DNA of 64,000 nt. Origin: Spirochaetota bacterium (GTDB taxonomy: Bacteria; Spirochaetota; GWE2-31-10; MWDO01). This document shows positions 49,538 through 58,700 of the stretch, piece by piece; the stretch's first letter is position 1, and every line of letters starts with the position of its first letter. The position numbers and the translations under genes were made by a program. The notes beneath the pieces are model-generated. The model saw only the letters and a list, made by a program, of their open reading frames with translations. It did no database searches and was not told the origin of the DNA. The DNA lies in contig JAVBQL010000018.1 of assembly GCA_031549085.1 (NCBI GenBank), forward strand, positions 13,917 to 77,916. The letters are read 5' to 3'.

Positions 49538-50917
49538 ATGGATAAAGTATTTTCAATGGCACAAGTTGGAGATAAGAATTTAAGAGCATCTAATTATGCT
49601 GGTATAGATAGTAATACACCAATCACACTTTATGAACGGGGGGATCGAGCTACAGATGATAAGGTTTATATACCAAATGAGATTTTAAAGTTTAGGGATA
49701 TTTCTGATCTAATTAGAATAGAAATATGGGTAAATAAATTCTCACCTGCTTTAGGAGATAATGATTCTATACCTTTTAATGTTCGATGTGATATAAGTGA
49801 TGAAGTGGGTCAAGTTATATTTACTTGGAGTGTAAAAAATAAATTTGAGAGCCTTAAATTAGATTATTTCTGTGATATTTTTTTAGAGCCTAGCAAAGTT
49901 TCTATAAGTGATTTATATGAAAAATTGGATAAACGAGGTGAAAGTTTAGCAAAATCAATGGATTTGAGAGACTTTATACTTAAAAATATGACTCCTAATA
50001 AGGGAGCAGAAGATAAGTTAAAAAGACATTGGTTTTTGCAAGATGGAACTTATGGACATTTAAATATACTACAAAATCCTGACAAAGATGTTAGCCAACA
50101 TAGAGACTACAAAGTTATACCTAGCATGCAAATGTATAAGGGACGCTATTTTAATATTTCTAAAATGTATAAAGATAAGGAAATGACACAAGAAGTGTGG
50201 GTTGTAGAAGGTGATTTAGCTTTTACTTTTTCTGGCAAAGGTCATGCAGTAGATAATGTTAGGATTGAAGATATCAAAAAAAATTTTAACACTTTTGATG
50301 AAGCACAAACTTTTGTCTTATTAAAAATCCCAGAGATTATAGACATACTTCGACAGGCACTAATACAAGAGACAGACAAAATTGAAATAGATACCTTTAA
50401 TCATAGAATTAAAGAGTTTGAACAAGAGGCTCGGAGAATCAAAAAAATAGCATTAGCAGATTTTATTGATTCATCTGTTATAATAAGACAGAGATTCCTA
50501 AAATCTCATGATAATGATTTAGAGCTTTATAAAAAAATCAGGGATAATTATTACAGCGGTTTTAGTGAGGTTTATACTTCAGATTGGAAAATAAATAAAT
50601 GGGTTTTAGATATATTAGCAGATAATTTGGTATGGGGATTCTTTAATTGGAAACGAGAAGATGAGAGCCATTTAGAAGGTAAAAATGAGTTTAGTATGCT
50701 TAAAACTGCTAAAGAGGAGTTTCTTAACTATGCAAGGGGGTTAATGTCAAAACTCAAGGCTCTTAAGCTGGATGATGATGGGTATCACATTATGGTTTTA
50801 GTAAAGAAAACCATTAAAGATTTTAATAAACAATGGCAATCCGAAACGGGTCTTATTAATAGTGATGGTCTACTTAACTATACTAAAGAGATGTATACTC
50901 AAAAGGTTCGGAGATAA
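49538..50917 (+). CDS. hypothetical protein (459 aa)
   Basis: No motif recognised and no P-loop. Confidence 0.35.
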   Translation: MDKVFSMAQVGDKNLRASNYAGIDSNTPITLYERGDRATDDKVYIPNEILKFRDISDLIRIEIWVNKFSPALGDNDSIPFNVRCDISDEVGQVIFTWSVKNKFESLKLDYFCDIFLEPSKVSISDLYEKLDKRGESLAKSMDLRDFILKNMTPNKGAEDKLKRHWFLQDGTYGHLNILQNPDKDVSQHRDYKVIPSMQMYKGRYFNISKMYKDKEMTQEVWVVEGDLAFTFSGKGHAVDNVRIEDIKKNFNTFDEAQTFVLLKIPEIIDILRQALIQETDKIEIDTFNHRIKEFEQEARRIKKIALADFIDSSVIIRQRFLKSHDNDLELYKKIRDNYYSGFSEVYTSDWKINKWVLDILADNLVWGFFNWKREDESHLEGKNEFSMLKTAKEEFLNYARGLMSKLKALKLDDDGYHIMVLVKKTIKDFNKQWQSETGLINSDGLLNYTKEMYTQKVRR

Positions 50918-50919
50918 TT

Positions 50920-51243
50920 TTGGCAAAGAAAGTTAGACATAATACAGCAAAGAAAGTTCATAAAAATGATACTCCGCTTAAGGATAGTTTAACAGATGAT
51001 AGTGAGGTAGTAACTATACGCTATCGTTTTCTGGTCTTAGAAGACATCTCTTTTATGCCAGAAGAGTTCAGAGTTCTTTTTTATGGTAGAGTCTTTTTAA
51101 AGAAGGGTCTCTACTATTTTCATTTTAAGTTTACGCAATTATGGTATGAGCGTTTAATACAGCGATTTATAAAAGATAGTTTTTATAAAAAAAGAATTAT
51201 AGCAAAAGTTGAACAAGGCTTAATGGAGGATATTGATGGCTAA
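50920..51243 (+). CDS. hypothetical protein with basic N-terminus
   Basis: 107-aa ORF. Confidence 0.3.
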   Translation: MAKKVRHNTAKKVHKNDTPLKDSLTDDSEVVTIRYRFLVLEDISFMPEEFRVLFYGRVFLKKGLYYFHFKFTQLWYERLIQRFIKDSFYKKRIIAKVEQGLMEDIDG

Positions 51244-51589
51244 AAAAGTAAGTGTTAATGTTATCGGGGAGAGAGTTTTTTTACAGCTTATAGAAGATAA
51301 GGCTGAAGTTCAGTCTGATGGAGGAGTTCTCACTGGCTCTATCCAAGTTGATAAGAGGTACACAGGGAGGGTTTTAGGTGTAGGAGATGCTTTAGTAGAT
51401 AAAGCACTCCCTTTTGGTATAGGCTCTATTGTTGTTTATGATAAGTTCGGGGGACAAAAGATTTCATTTGATTACACTAATCAATATCTAATAGTTAGGT
51501 TAGATGAAATCTTAGGAGTTATTTCTTATACAGAAACAGAAGATAAATCTAAAATAATTCAGACAGAAAGTGAGTTATTTACGGGGTAG
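51233..51589 (+). CDS. GroES/cpn10-family co-chaperonin (phage gp31-like)
   Basis: Aligns along its length with GroES: VNVIGERVFLQLIEDKAEVQSDGGVLTGS...RVLGVGDAL......GSIVVYDKFGGQKI......YLIVRLDEILGVI. Confidence 0.65.
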   Translation: MMAKKVSVNVIGERVFLQLIEDKAEVQSDGGVLTGSIQVDKRYTGRVLGVGDALVDKALPFGIGSIVVYDKFGGQKISFDYTNQYLIVRLDEILGVISYTETEDKSKIIQTESELFTG

Positions 51590-51590
51590 T

Positions 51591-52514
51591 ATGCAAAATT
51601 TAGCACAGAAATATAGACCTAAACTTCTAAAAGATATTTATGGCCAAAAAGAGGTAGTACAATACTTTCAATCAGTTGTTCGTAAGACAGATTTAGCTTG
51701 CAGGAACTATGTTGTTTTGGGAGCTTATGGCTGTGGTAAAACAACACTAGTTAGGGCTTTTGCTAATGAGCTAATAGGAACTAATAATTGTCAAGGGCAT
51801 CCTAACTATCTTGAACTTGATAGCTCCGAGATATTTTCTAAGAAAGATTTTTCTATTTTAAAGGATTTAATATTTCAATATCAAAATGGTTGGAGAGTAG
51901 TTGTTTTTGATGAAGTACATCTGCTTCCTAGAGAGGTTCAAGGTCAACTTCTAAAAATGATAGAAGAGTCAGAGGAAAGAATCTTTTTCTTTTTTCTCTC
52001 TACAGAACGAGAGGGCATTTTAGATACTATAGTTTCAAGATCATTAGATTTTAATCTTTCTACTTTTACTCATGATCAAGTTATAAACTATTTGGATAAT
52101 ATTCTACAAAAAGAAAATATTACAATCTCAAATGAGTGTAAAGAGATGATAGCTCTAAAAGTTAATGGACATCTTCGAGACGCTATAATGCAACTAGACT
52201 TAATTAAAATATCTGGGGAGTCTTTTTATGTTAGCAACTATGTAAATCTTATGGGTTTATGGGCTAACTATTTCAAAGAGATGGATAGAGTCATTATAGA
52301 TGAGCTTATTAAAAATCCTGTGCCTATTTTAAGAGATACTTTAGATCGCTTTATACTAAATGAACTTATACGCAGAAAGCAAATTTTCACAGATGTTGTT
52401 TTTGTAAAATTTTACTCTACCTATTTAAAAATGAAAAAGAACATCAATACGGATAATGATTTCTTTTGTTTTCTTTATATACTGCTTGATTTTATTAAGA
52501 CATTAAGGAATTAA
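51591..52514 (+). CDS. AAA+ clamp-loader subunit (DnaX/gp44/RFC-like)
   Basis: KYRPK box at the N-terminus (internal start at 51591), Walker A GAYGCGKTT, Walker B VVFDEVHLL, sensor-1-like TIVSRS. Confidence 0.65.
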   Translation: MQNLAQKYRPKLLKDIYGQKEVVQYFQSVVRKTDLACRNYVVLGAYGCGKTTLVRAFANELIGTNNCQGHPNYLELDSSEIFSKKDFSILKDLIFQYQNGWRVVVFDEVHLLPREVQGQLLKMIEESEERIFFFFLSTEREGILDTIVSRSLDFNLSTFTHDQVINYLDNILQKENITISNECKEMIALKVNGHLRDAIMQLDLIKISGESFYVSNYVNLMGLWANYFKEMDRVIIDELIKNPVPILRDTLDRFILNELIRRKQIFTDVVFVKFYSTYLKMKKNINTDNDFFCFLYILLDFIKTLRN

Positions 52515-52521
52515 TTTTGTT

Positions 52522-52977
52522 ATGAAGAATGATTTAAATCACTATTTTAGAAATGGATTAACAGAAGATTTCTTTATTGAGCTTAAGAGGTTTGTCTCTT
52601 ACCTACATAAAAGATATAATCTGGGGGTAAGATTTGATGACTTTTATCAGAGAGTATATGATAAGACAATAGATTTTTATATGTCTGGCAAATGGGATGA
52701 GAGCAGAGGGAGTGTTGCTACCTATATCTATTATATAGCTAGGAATGAGTCATCAAATTTAAAATCTAAAGGTAAAAAGCAAGCAGATTTAAATGATCAG
52801 ATTGTACAAAAAGAGTATAAGAGTATAAAAGACAACGATAGCTATCAGAGATTTATACTCTATGCCAAGCGTTTGGGTATCAAAATAGAAGAGAATGAGT
52901 TTGTTAATAATCTGCATGAGCAGGTGTTAACTCCTATTGTTAAATGTTTTTTATGGAAGACTTACTTGGGGGCTTGA
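52522..52977 (+). CDS. sigma-70 region-2-like factor (phage late/ECF-like sigma)
   Basis: DFYQRVYDKTIDFYMSGKWDESRGSVATYIYYIARNE matches the region 2.1-2.4 pattern (D..Q..F.K.........F..WL..IA.N). Only region 2 is present, as in T4 gp55. Confidence 0.5.
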   Translation: MKNDLNHYFRNGLTEDFFIELKRFVSYLHKRYNLGVRFDDFYQRVYDKTIDFYMSGKWDESRGSVATYIYYIARNESSNLKSKGKKQADLNDQIVQKEYKSIKDNDSYQRFILYAKRLGIKIEENEFVNNLHEQVLTPIVKCFLWKTYLGA

Positions 52978-53389
52978 ATTGTGGATAAACTTCAAAGAGT
53001 TATCAGAAGAGGAATTATTAGATTTTCTTGATGAGATGGCCAAGCTAAATGGTTTTTTATCGAGAGATGAACTCTACTCTCTCTATTTAACTTTTGGAGT
53101 TAATTTTTTCTATATCTTTTGGATGTTGGAAGGCAGGTCGATTAAGTTTCCCAAACTTCAGTTTCATAAAACAATGTTGACTAGGTCAAAAAAGAAGAGC
53201 TTAGAAAAGACATTAGAACCACTCATTATGAAAGAGAATGGAAAATGTTTTGTCCCTGATATAAATAAACATTGTGATTTTTATAAAAACTGCAGATGTT
53301 CTATCTTCAGTGAAGATATCATAAATCTTGAGAGTGCTGGCTGGTGTAATTTTACTTATACACTATATTACATCGGGAAAAAGGTTTAA
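52937..53389 (+). CDS. Cys-rich hypothetical protein
   Basis: C-terminal HCDFYKNCRCS...WC cluster. Confidence 0.3.
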   Translation: MLNVFYGRLTWGLELWINFKELSEEELLDFLDEMAKLNGFLSRDELYSLYLTFGVNFFYIFWMLEGRSIKFPKLQFHKTMLTRSKKKSLEKTLEPLIMKENGKCFVPDINKHCDFYKNCRCSIFSEDIINLESAGWCNFTYTLYYIGKKV

Positions 53390-53429
53390 TACTTTATTTG
53401 AATAACACATTACTTTGATTACTTGCTAA

Positions 53430-53463
53430 AAGAACTTGTCTTACTAAGACAGGTTCTTTTTTT
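53430..53463 (+). terminator. intrinsic terminator
   Basis: AAGAACTTGTC-ttactaa-GACAGGTTCTT (one G-U pair) followed by T7. Confidence 0.6.
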
Positions 53464-53484
53464 ATTTAAAGTTAGGAGTGTTAT

Positions 53485-53868
53485 ATGGTGTTTGGAGATA
53501 AAGCTGTTCAATTAGTAGAACAGAATTTAGATGTTTTATCTAGGGTTACAAATGCTTTAGTTGAACAATTAGAAGTTCCAGAGAATATTAGTAATCCCAA
53601 ATTCTTGTTAGAAGTACATGATACTTTAACAAGAAACTCAACAGCTATTTTGGAGTCAGTTAGAAAGTTAGCTATTACAGATAACAAACTATTTTCCAAT
53701 GGTGTTCTTACTAACACATCAATAGTTACAGTATCAGATGGAGTTATTGGTGAGATAGATCAGGCATCTGTTAATAACTCAAAGTTTGGGAGTGATAATG
53801 CTGTTGTAGAGGCAACTCCTAGCACAGAAGTAACTTCTGAAACTAAAGAGGGAAAGAAAGTTAGTTAA
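53485..53868 (+). CDS. possible small terminase subunit
   Basis: 127 aa. Position immediately 5' of TerL, with the stop overlapping the TerL start (TAATAATG). Confidence 0.3.
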   Translation: MVFGDKAVQLVEQNLDVLSRVTNALVEQLEVPENISNPKFLLEVHDTLTRNSTAILESVRKLAITDNKLFSNGVLTNTSIVTVSDGVIGEIDQASVNNSKFGSDNAVVEATPSTEVTSETKEGKKVS

Positions 53869-53870
53869 TA

Positions 53871-55682
53871 ATGAAAAACTTGAGACTTAAGCGACCCATA
53901 CTTCCTATAGAAGAGTGGATCAATGATCCTTATTATGTTGGTAAAGAGGTAGACTCTATTTATCCTTTTTGGAAAGAGAGGACAATAGAGTTTTTCAATT
54001 CTAAATATAATAAGTTTATAGGTTATGGCTCTTATCGTTTGGGTAAGGGACATGTAATGGGTTGCTTATGGCTCTTCAGGATTCTATATGAAATTAGTTG
54101 CTGTGAAAATTTTTTAGAACAATTTCATCTCTCTCCATCTACTAAACTCAAGTTTGCATTTATCTCATTTTCAAAAGACAAGGCTAGATCTACAGGTTTA
54201 GATAAAATGATTAGAATGATAGATTCTATTCCCTATTTCAATGAGGTATGTCCACGCAATAAAAATCTAAAGTCTAAAATAGATTTAGGTTTTGCAGAGA
54301 TTTATTGTGCTAGTAATGTCTCACATCTCACTGGGGAAGATCTATACGGTGTTATCTTTGATGAGGCAGATTTTGTTAAGTCCGCCGCAGGTGAAGAGTA
54401 TGAGAAAGCAAAAGAGATATTTTTGGAAGCTCAAATCAGAGGTCATGCCACCTATTCCATAGGGGGTAAGCATTATGGTTTTTATGGTCTCTTGTCATCT
54501 GCTCAATATGAGACTTCTTTTACTGAGCAACAATTAAAGTCTGCGGAAGAGAACGATGATGCCTATGTAGTTAAAGCATCCGTTTTTGAGGTTAAACCTT
54601 GGTCTTTTGCAAAAGAGAAGTTTAGGGTATTTTTAGGAGCTGGGGAGATACCACCTTTTATTTTAGATGAAGAGCAAGATTTAAGTACAATTAAAAATCT
54701 TATAAATACTACGTATGGAATAACGTTTGATCAGTTTATTAAAAACTATGAGAATAGAATTAAGTTAGTTCCAGTAGATTTAAAGCCCTATTTTGTCAAT
54801 GACATATCTTATGCAATTAAAACTTTAGTTGGTGAACCTATCCGAAGATCTGGACTATTTCTTAAAAATCACACACTACTTCATAAAGCTTATTTTTTGG
54901 GTTTAAAGTCCCCTTTGTTAGTTGAAGTTCCTCAACTATCTCTTTTTGGATCAGAGGTTATTCAAGATTTTGTAAATGAGGATATCCTATTAGATAACTA
55001 CGAAGCTGGGCAGAGGGTCTACATTCACATTGACCAATCCAAATCTGGAGATAGAACAGGCTTTGGTGCTTTTTTTAAAACATCGTCTGGTCGTATTAGA
55101 TCCCTACTCTATATGGCAATCTACTATGATGATTCAAGAAAAGAGATTGATATTTCAAAAGTTGAAGACATAGTTTATTGGTTTATAGATTTAGGAATTC
55201 CTATAGGTAAACTTACCTATGATCAGTATGCTAGTATCTATGCTAGCCAGTCTCTTAAAAAGAGAGTGGGTAGAGAGAAAGTCGAAACACAATCAGTTGA
55301 TAAAGATGATACTCAATATATGGTTTTTCTATTTTTACTTAAAAAGGGTTTGATAGATATGTACAGGTATCTGCCATTCGAGAAGGAACTATTCACACTT
55401 GAACATGATGCTTATCAGAACAAAGTTTTAAAAGCAAAAGATGGTTCAGATGATGTTAGCCAAGCAGTTGTTGGGGCTATCTATAATCTTTTTCAAAAAG
55501 ATGGAATGTCTAGGGATGAATTGGTTTACACATCTTTAAATAAAGAAGAGGTCATAGATGACTTCTATCTGTCTGCTTTAGCAGATGCAAGCGTAGATAC
55601 CTACTACGATGATTTATTAGTGGATGAGAAAGAGATAGATGCAGAGTATGATTTAATGTCTGGTTTATTAGACAGTGACTAA
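53871..55682 (+). CDS. terminase large subunit (TerL)
   Basis: Walker A-like GYGSYRLGKGHVMG, Walker B VIFDEADF, C-terminal RNase-H-like nuclease acidic residues (HIDQSKSGDRTGF...DGSDDVSQA). Confidence 0.7.
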   Translation: MKNLRLKRPILPIEEWINDPYYVGKEVDSIYPFWKERTIEFFNSKYNKFIGYGSYRLGKGHVMGCLWLFRILYEISCCENFLEQFHLSPSTKLKFAFISFSKDKARSTGLDKMIRMIDSIPYFNEVCPRNKNLKSKIDLGFAEIYCASNVSHLTGEDLYGVIFDEADFVKSAAGEEYEKAKEIFLEAQIRGHATYSIGGKHYGFYGLLSSAQYETSFTEQQLKSAEENDDAYVVKASVFEVKPWSFAKEKFRVFLGAGEIPPFILDEEQDLSTIKNLINTTYGITFDQFIKNYENRIKLVPVDLKPYFVNDISYAIKTLVGEPIRRSGLFLKNHTLLHKAYFLGLKSPLLVEVPQLSLFGSEVIQDFVNEDILLDNYEAGQRVYIHIDQSKSGDRTGFGAFFKTSSGRIRSLLYMAIYYDDSRKEIDISKVEDIVYWFIDLGIPIGKLTYDQYASIYASQSLKKRVGREKVETQSVDKDDTQYMVFLFLLKKGLIDMYRYLPFEKELFTLEHDAYQNKVLKAKDGSDDVSQAVVGAIYNLFQKDGMSRDELVYTSLNKEEVIDDFYLSALADASVDTYYDDLLVDEKEIDAEYDLMSGLLDSD

Positions 55683-55726
55683 TTTTAGCATGATTATTTT
55701 ATTAGAAATATATATTCAGATATTAC

Positions 55727-58700
55727 TTGTCGGAGTTTGTAATGAATACAGCTGGAAAGATTCAATCAAATTTAAATTATCCTGCAGACTATGAAGATAG
55801 TGGGTTATTTAAATATAGTGCTCTTATGCGAGAAGCTCAAAAGATAGCAAAACTCTATGGTTATAGAGAGGATGGATATTATCATGAGGGTGACGATTTA
55901 GCTATTCATTTTAAAGGTGAAACTTTGATTGATAAAGACACTCTTTATGATATAAATAGTGAATGGGAAAGTTTAGTCAATAATTTTGGAGAAGTTAACT
56001 TTTATCCCAATGAGGAAAACCCTAGTGAGTCATCAAGCCTTGTTTTTTACTATTTTGTATACAGTCACTTACTAATTGAGCGAGAAGCAAGAGATGATGA
56101 GGTTAATTCTAGTAAGAATACTAAATCTGTTAAGAGCAATAGTTTTAATTCCAATGAAGATTTCTTAGAGTGGTTTAATAAATCAACAGATGAGGATATG
56201 GATTTCAAGCCTTCTACTGAAATGAGTGTTTTTGTGGAGGGTGAGGAATTTAGTTCTCCCCAAGAAGCAAAAGATATCATTGATGAATTATTAGATGTTG
56301 AATTAGACGAATCTGAAAATAAAGTTTTAGATGAGGCTCTTGTAGATAATCCTATTGTAGAAGATATTTTAATTGAAGATGATTCTATAACTATTACTTT
56401 TACAGAGGATGTTATAAATCAAGATTATCATAGGTTTAAAAAAATTGATATAGATCAATACATGCTCTTTTCTGAAAAAAATCTTAATATCAATATTGAA
56501 GGTAAGATAATAAATTTTTCTGGTAGCAACAGCAATTCAGAGTCAGATTTTTTATATAGGGCTATTCTTAATCAATCTTATCAAGAGTATCAAAAACAGG
56601 GACATCCCTTATTGTCAGATAGCCTAGAACCTTTAAGAAATATAATCAAATATAATCTTTTAAAACGATATAGTTCTATTTTCAGGGATTGCAATACCCC
56701 AATCAGGTGTGAGTCAGAAGACGAACATTTAAAAGATAAAGCTGTTAATGAGTTTATGAATACTCATAATGAGTACCCTGATTCATCAGATGACTGGCAA
56801 GAGGTCGCTCAAATAATGGGCAGGATGAAAGAGGAAGCTGGTGTAGTTACTAGTGACAATAATGAGCCTGCAACACAAGAGGAGATTACAGAAGAGCCAG
56901 CATTCTTTGAAGGGACTCTTACAGAAGAGATCCCCGATGAAGAGAACTCATTGGTATCTTGGATCAATCAATCTGCTTATCATGGTTTTTTGTTTGAAGA
57001 GTCTTATAATGAGTTTATGTCATTTAAACAAAGAATTCCATCTACCAAAAATGATTTTAACTATTTAGTTTTTAAGTCATCTCTTAAATTAAATGACTTC
57101 AAAAAAAATCCAAGACGGGATTTTATTGTGGAGTCTAATTTCATAAATCTCTACTGGCATAATATAATCTTATCAAGATACTTTTTAGGTAAAGAGGGGC
57201 AAGTAAAAGGCATTTTTTCACATTGGAAAAATAAGTCACCCGATCATACTATTGCGTGGATGGAAGCGGAAAATAAATTTAAACTCTTAAATAATCAAGA
57301 GCCAGAGACATCAAGAGATTGGGCAGTTGTTACCTCAACTGCTAAAAAGTATATTGACAGAGTTGTAGAGACTAATTCAGTTGTATCAATGCCTAATATA
57401 GCTCATTTAGGAATTATTGAAGAGAGCAAAAAACTACAAACATCTCTATATCAGGTTATTGGAGTTAATAAAGATGAATCAGGCAAGAAGCATGAATATA
57501 TCATAGATTGTGTTAGAACAAAATCAGAAGCGGATATGTATGAGCCAATGTATAAAAACCAATATTCAGAGGGCATTATAATAAAAGAGCATAAGCATTT
57601 TGGTTTTGGTTTAGACTTAATGGAAGAACTCGTTTCAAGTTTTGACATTAGAAAAAGTTTAGTTTCAAAAAAGAGACAGGTGTTAAGCCAGCTATCTTTA
57701 AGTCTTTTGGGAGATAGCAAGTTTAAGGTTATTAGCAGTATCTTGAGTTTTGTAAAATATTTAAATAAACCTTTGATGAAAAAGTTAGTCAATAACTATT
57801 CTATTGTAATGTCTAGAGTTCTCAAAAATCTACTGGGTAGTAATATTAAATCGTTTTTAACTTTAAGGGACTATCCTTTGATAAACAGACGAGTGGTATC
57901 TGGTCTGTTTATCAATAACTCTTTTACTCTTCATACAGAAGAGGACTTTGATGTTACACAAGCAGACACTTTTACAAAGTGGCTCAATAAGAACTCTGAT
58001 AGTTTTGTATCTCAATATGTAGATAAATTTACGAGGCTTACAGGTAAGACACATCCAACAACTACTGAGGAGTTTATTAGTATTCTTAAATCGGCTGGCT
58101 CTCTTATTTCGGAGGATCTAGAGACTTCTTTTAGAATTCTACCTTTAGGAGAGGTTGAGGCTGAAAAACTAGAGTCCACTTTCTATTCAGATAATTTCTT
58201 AAGGGTCTATAATTATAATCTTCATTCCTTGATGTCAGCAAAAGCTTTTATTAGAACAGAGGCAGATTTAAAGGATTCTAAAAAAGAGACTATTGGATGG
58301 TGGCTTGCTAGTACAGATGAGAATGTAGCTTTTAATACTTTAGATAGCTGGCAAAGTTGGAATGATGGTGCCTTGCCATCTACTTCAGATGAGTTAGTAA
58401 GATTTTTATTATTAGGTAATAGTCATCTTTTTGGTAACGAGGAATTGTTAAATATTTTTAAAGAGTTACCAGATGGCTCAAGCTGGGGTGAAGGTCAGTC
58501 TGTTATTGATGCTTTTAGTAATAGCTCTATTGAAGAAGATGAGGATGATGACAAAGATGATGTAGGTTTTAAAGAGCTTGCAGTGGCTCAATGTGAAAAA
58601 ATTCGTAAATCTAACTTTAATGATAGATTAGTTGAATATCAAGATACTTATAAAATAGCTTTTCAGAGTGATACAAGTAGAGAAGTTAAATCAAGGGCTT

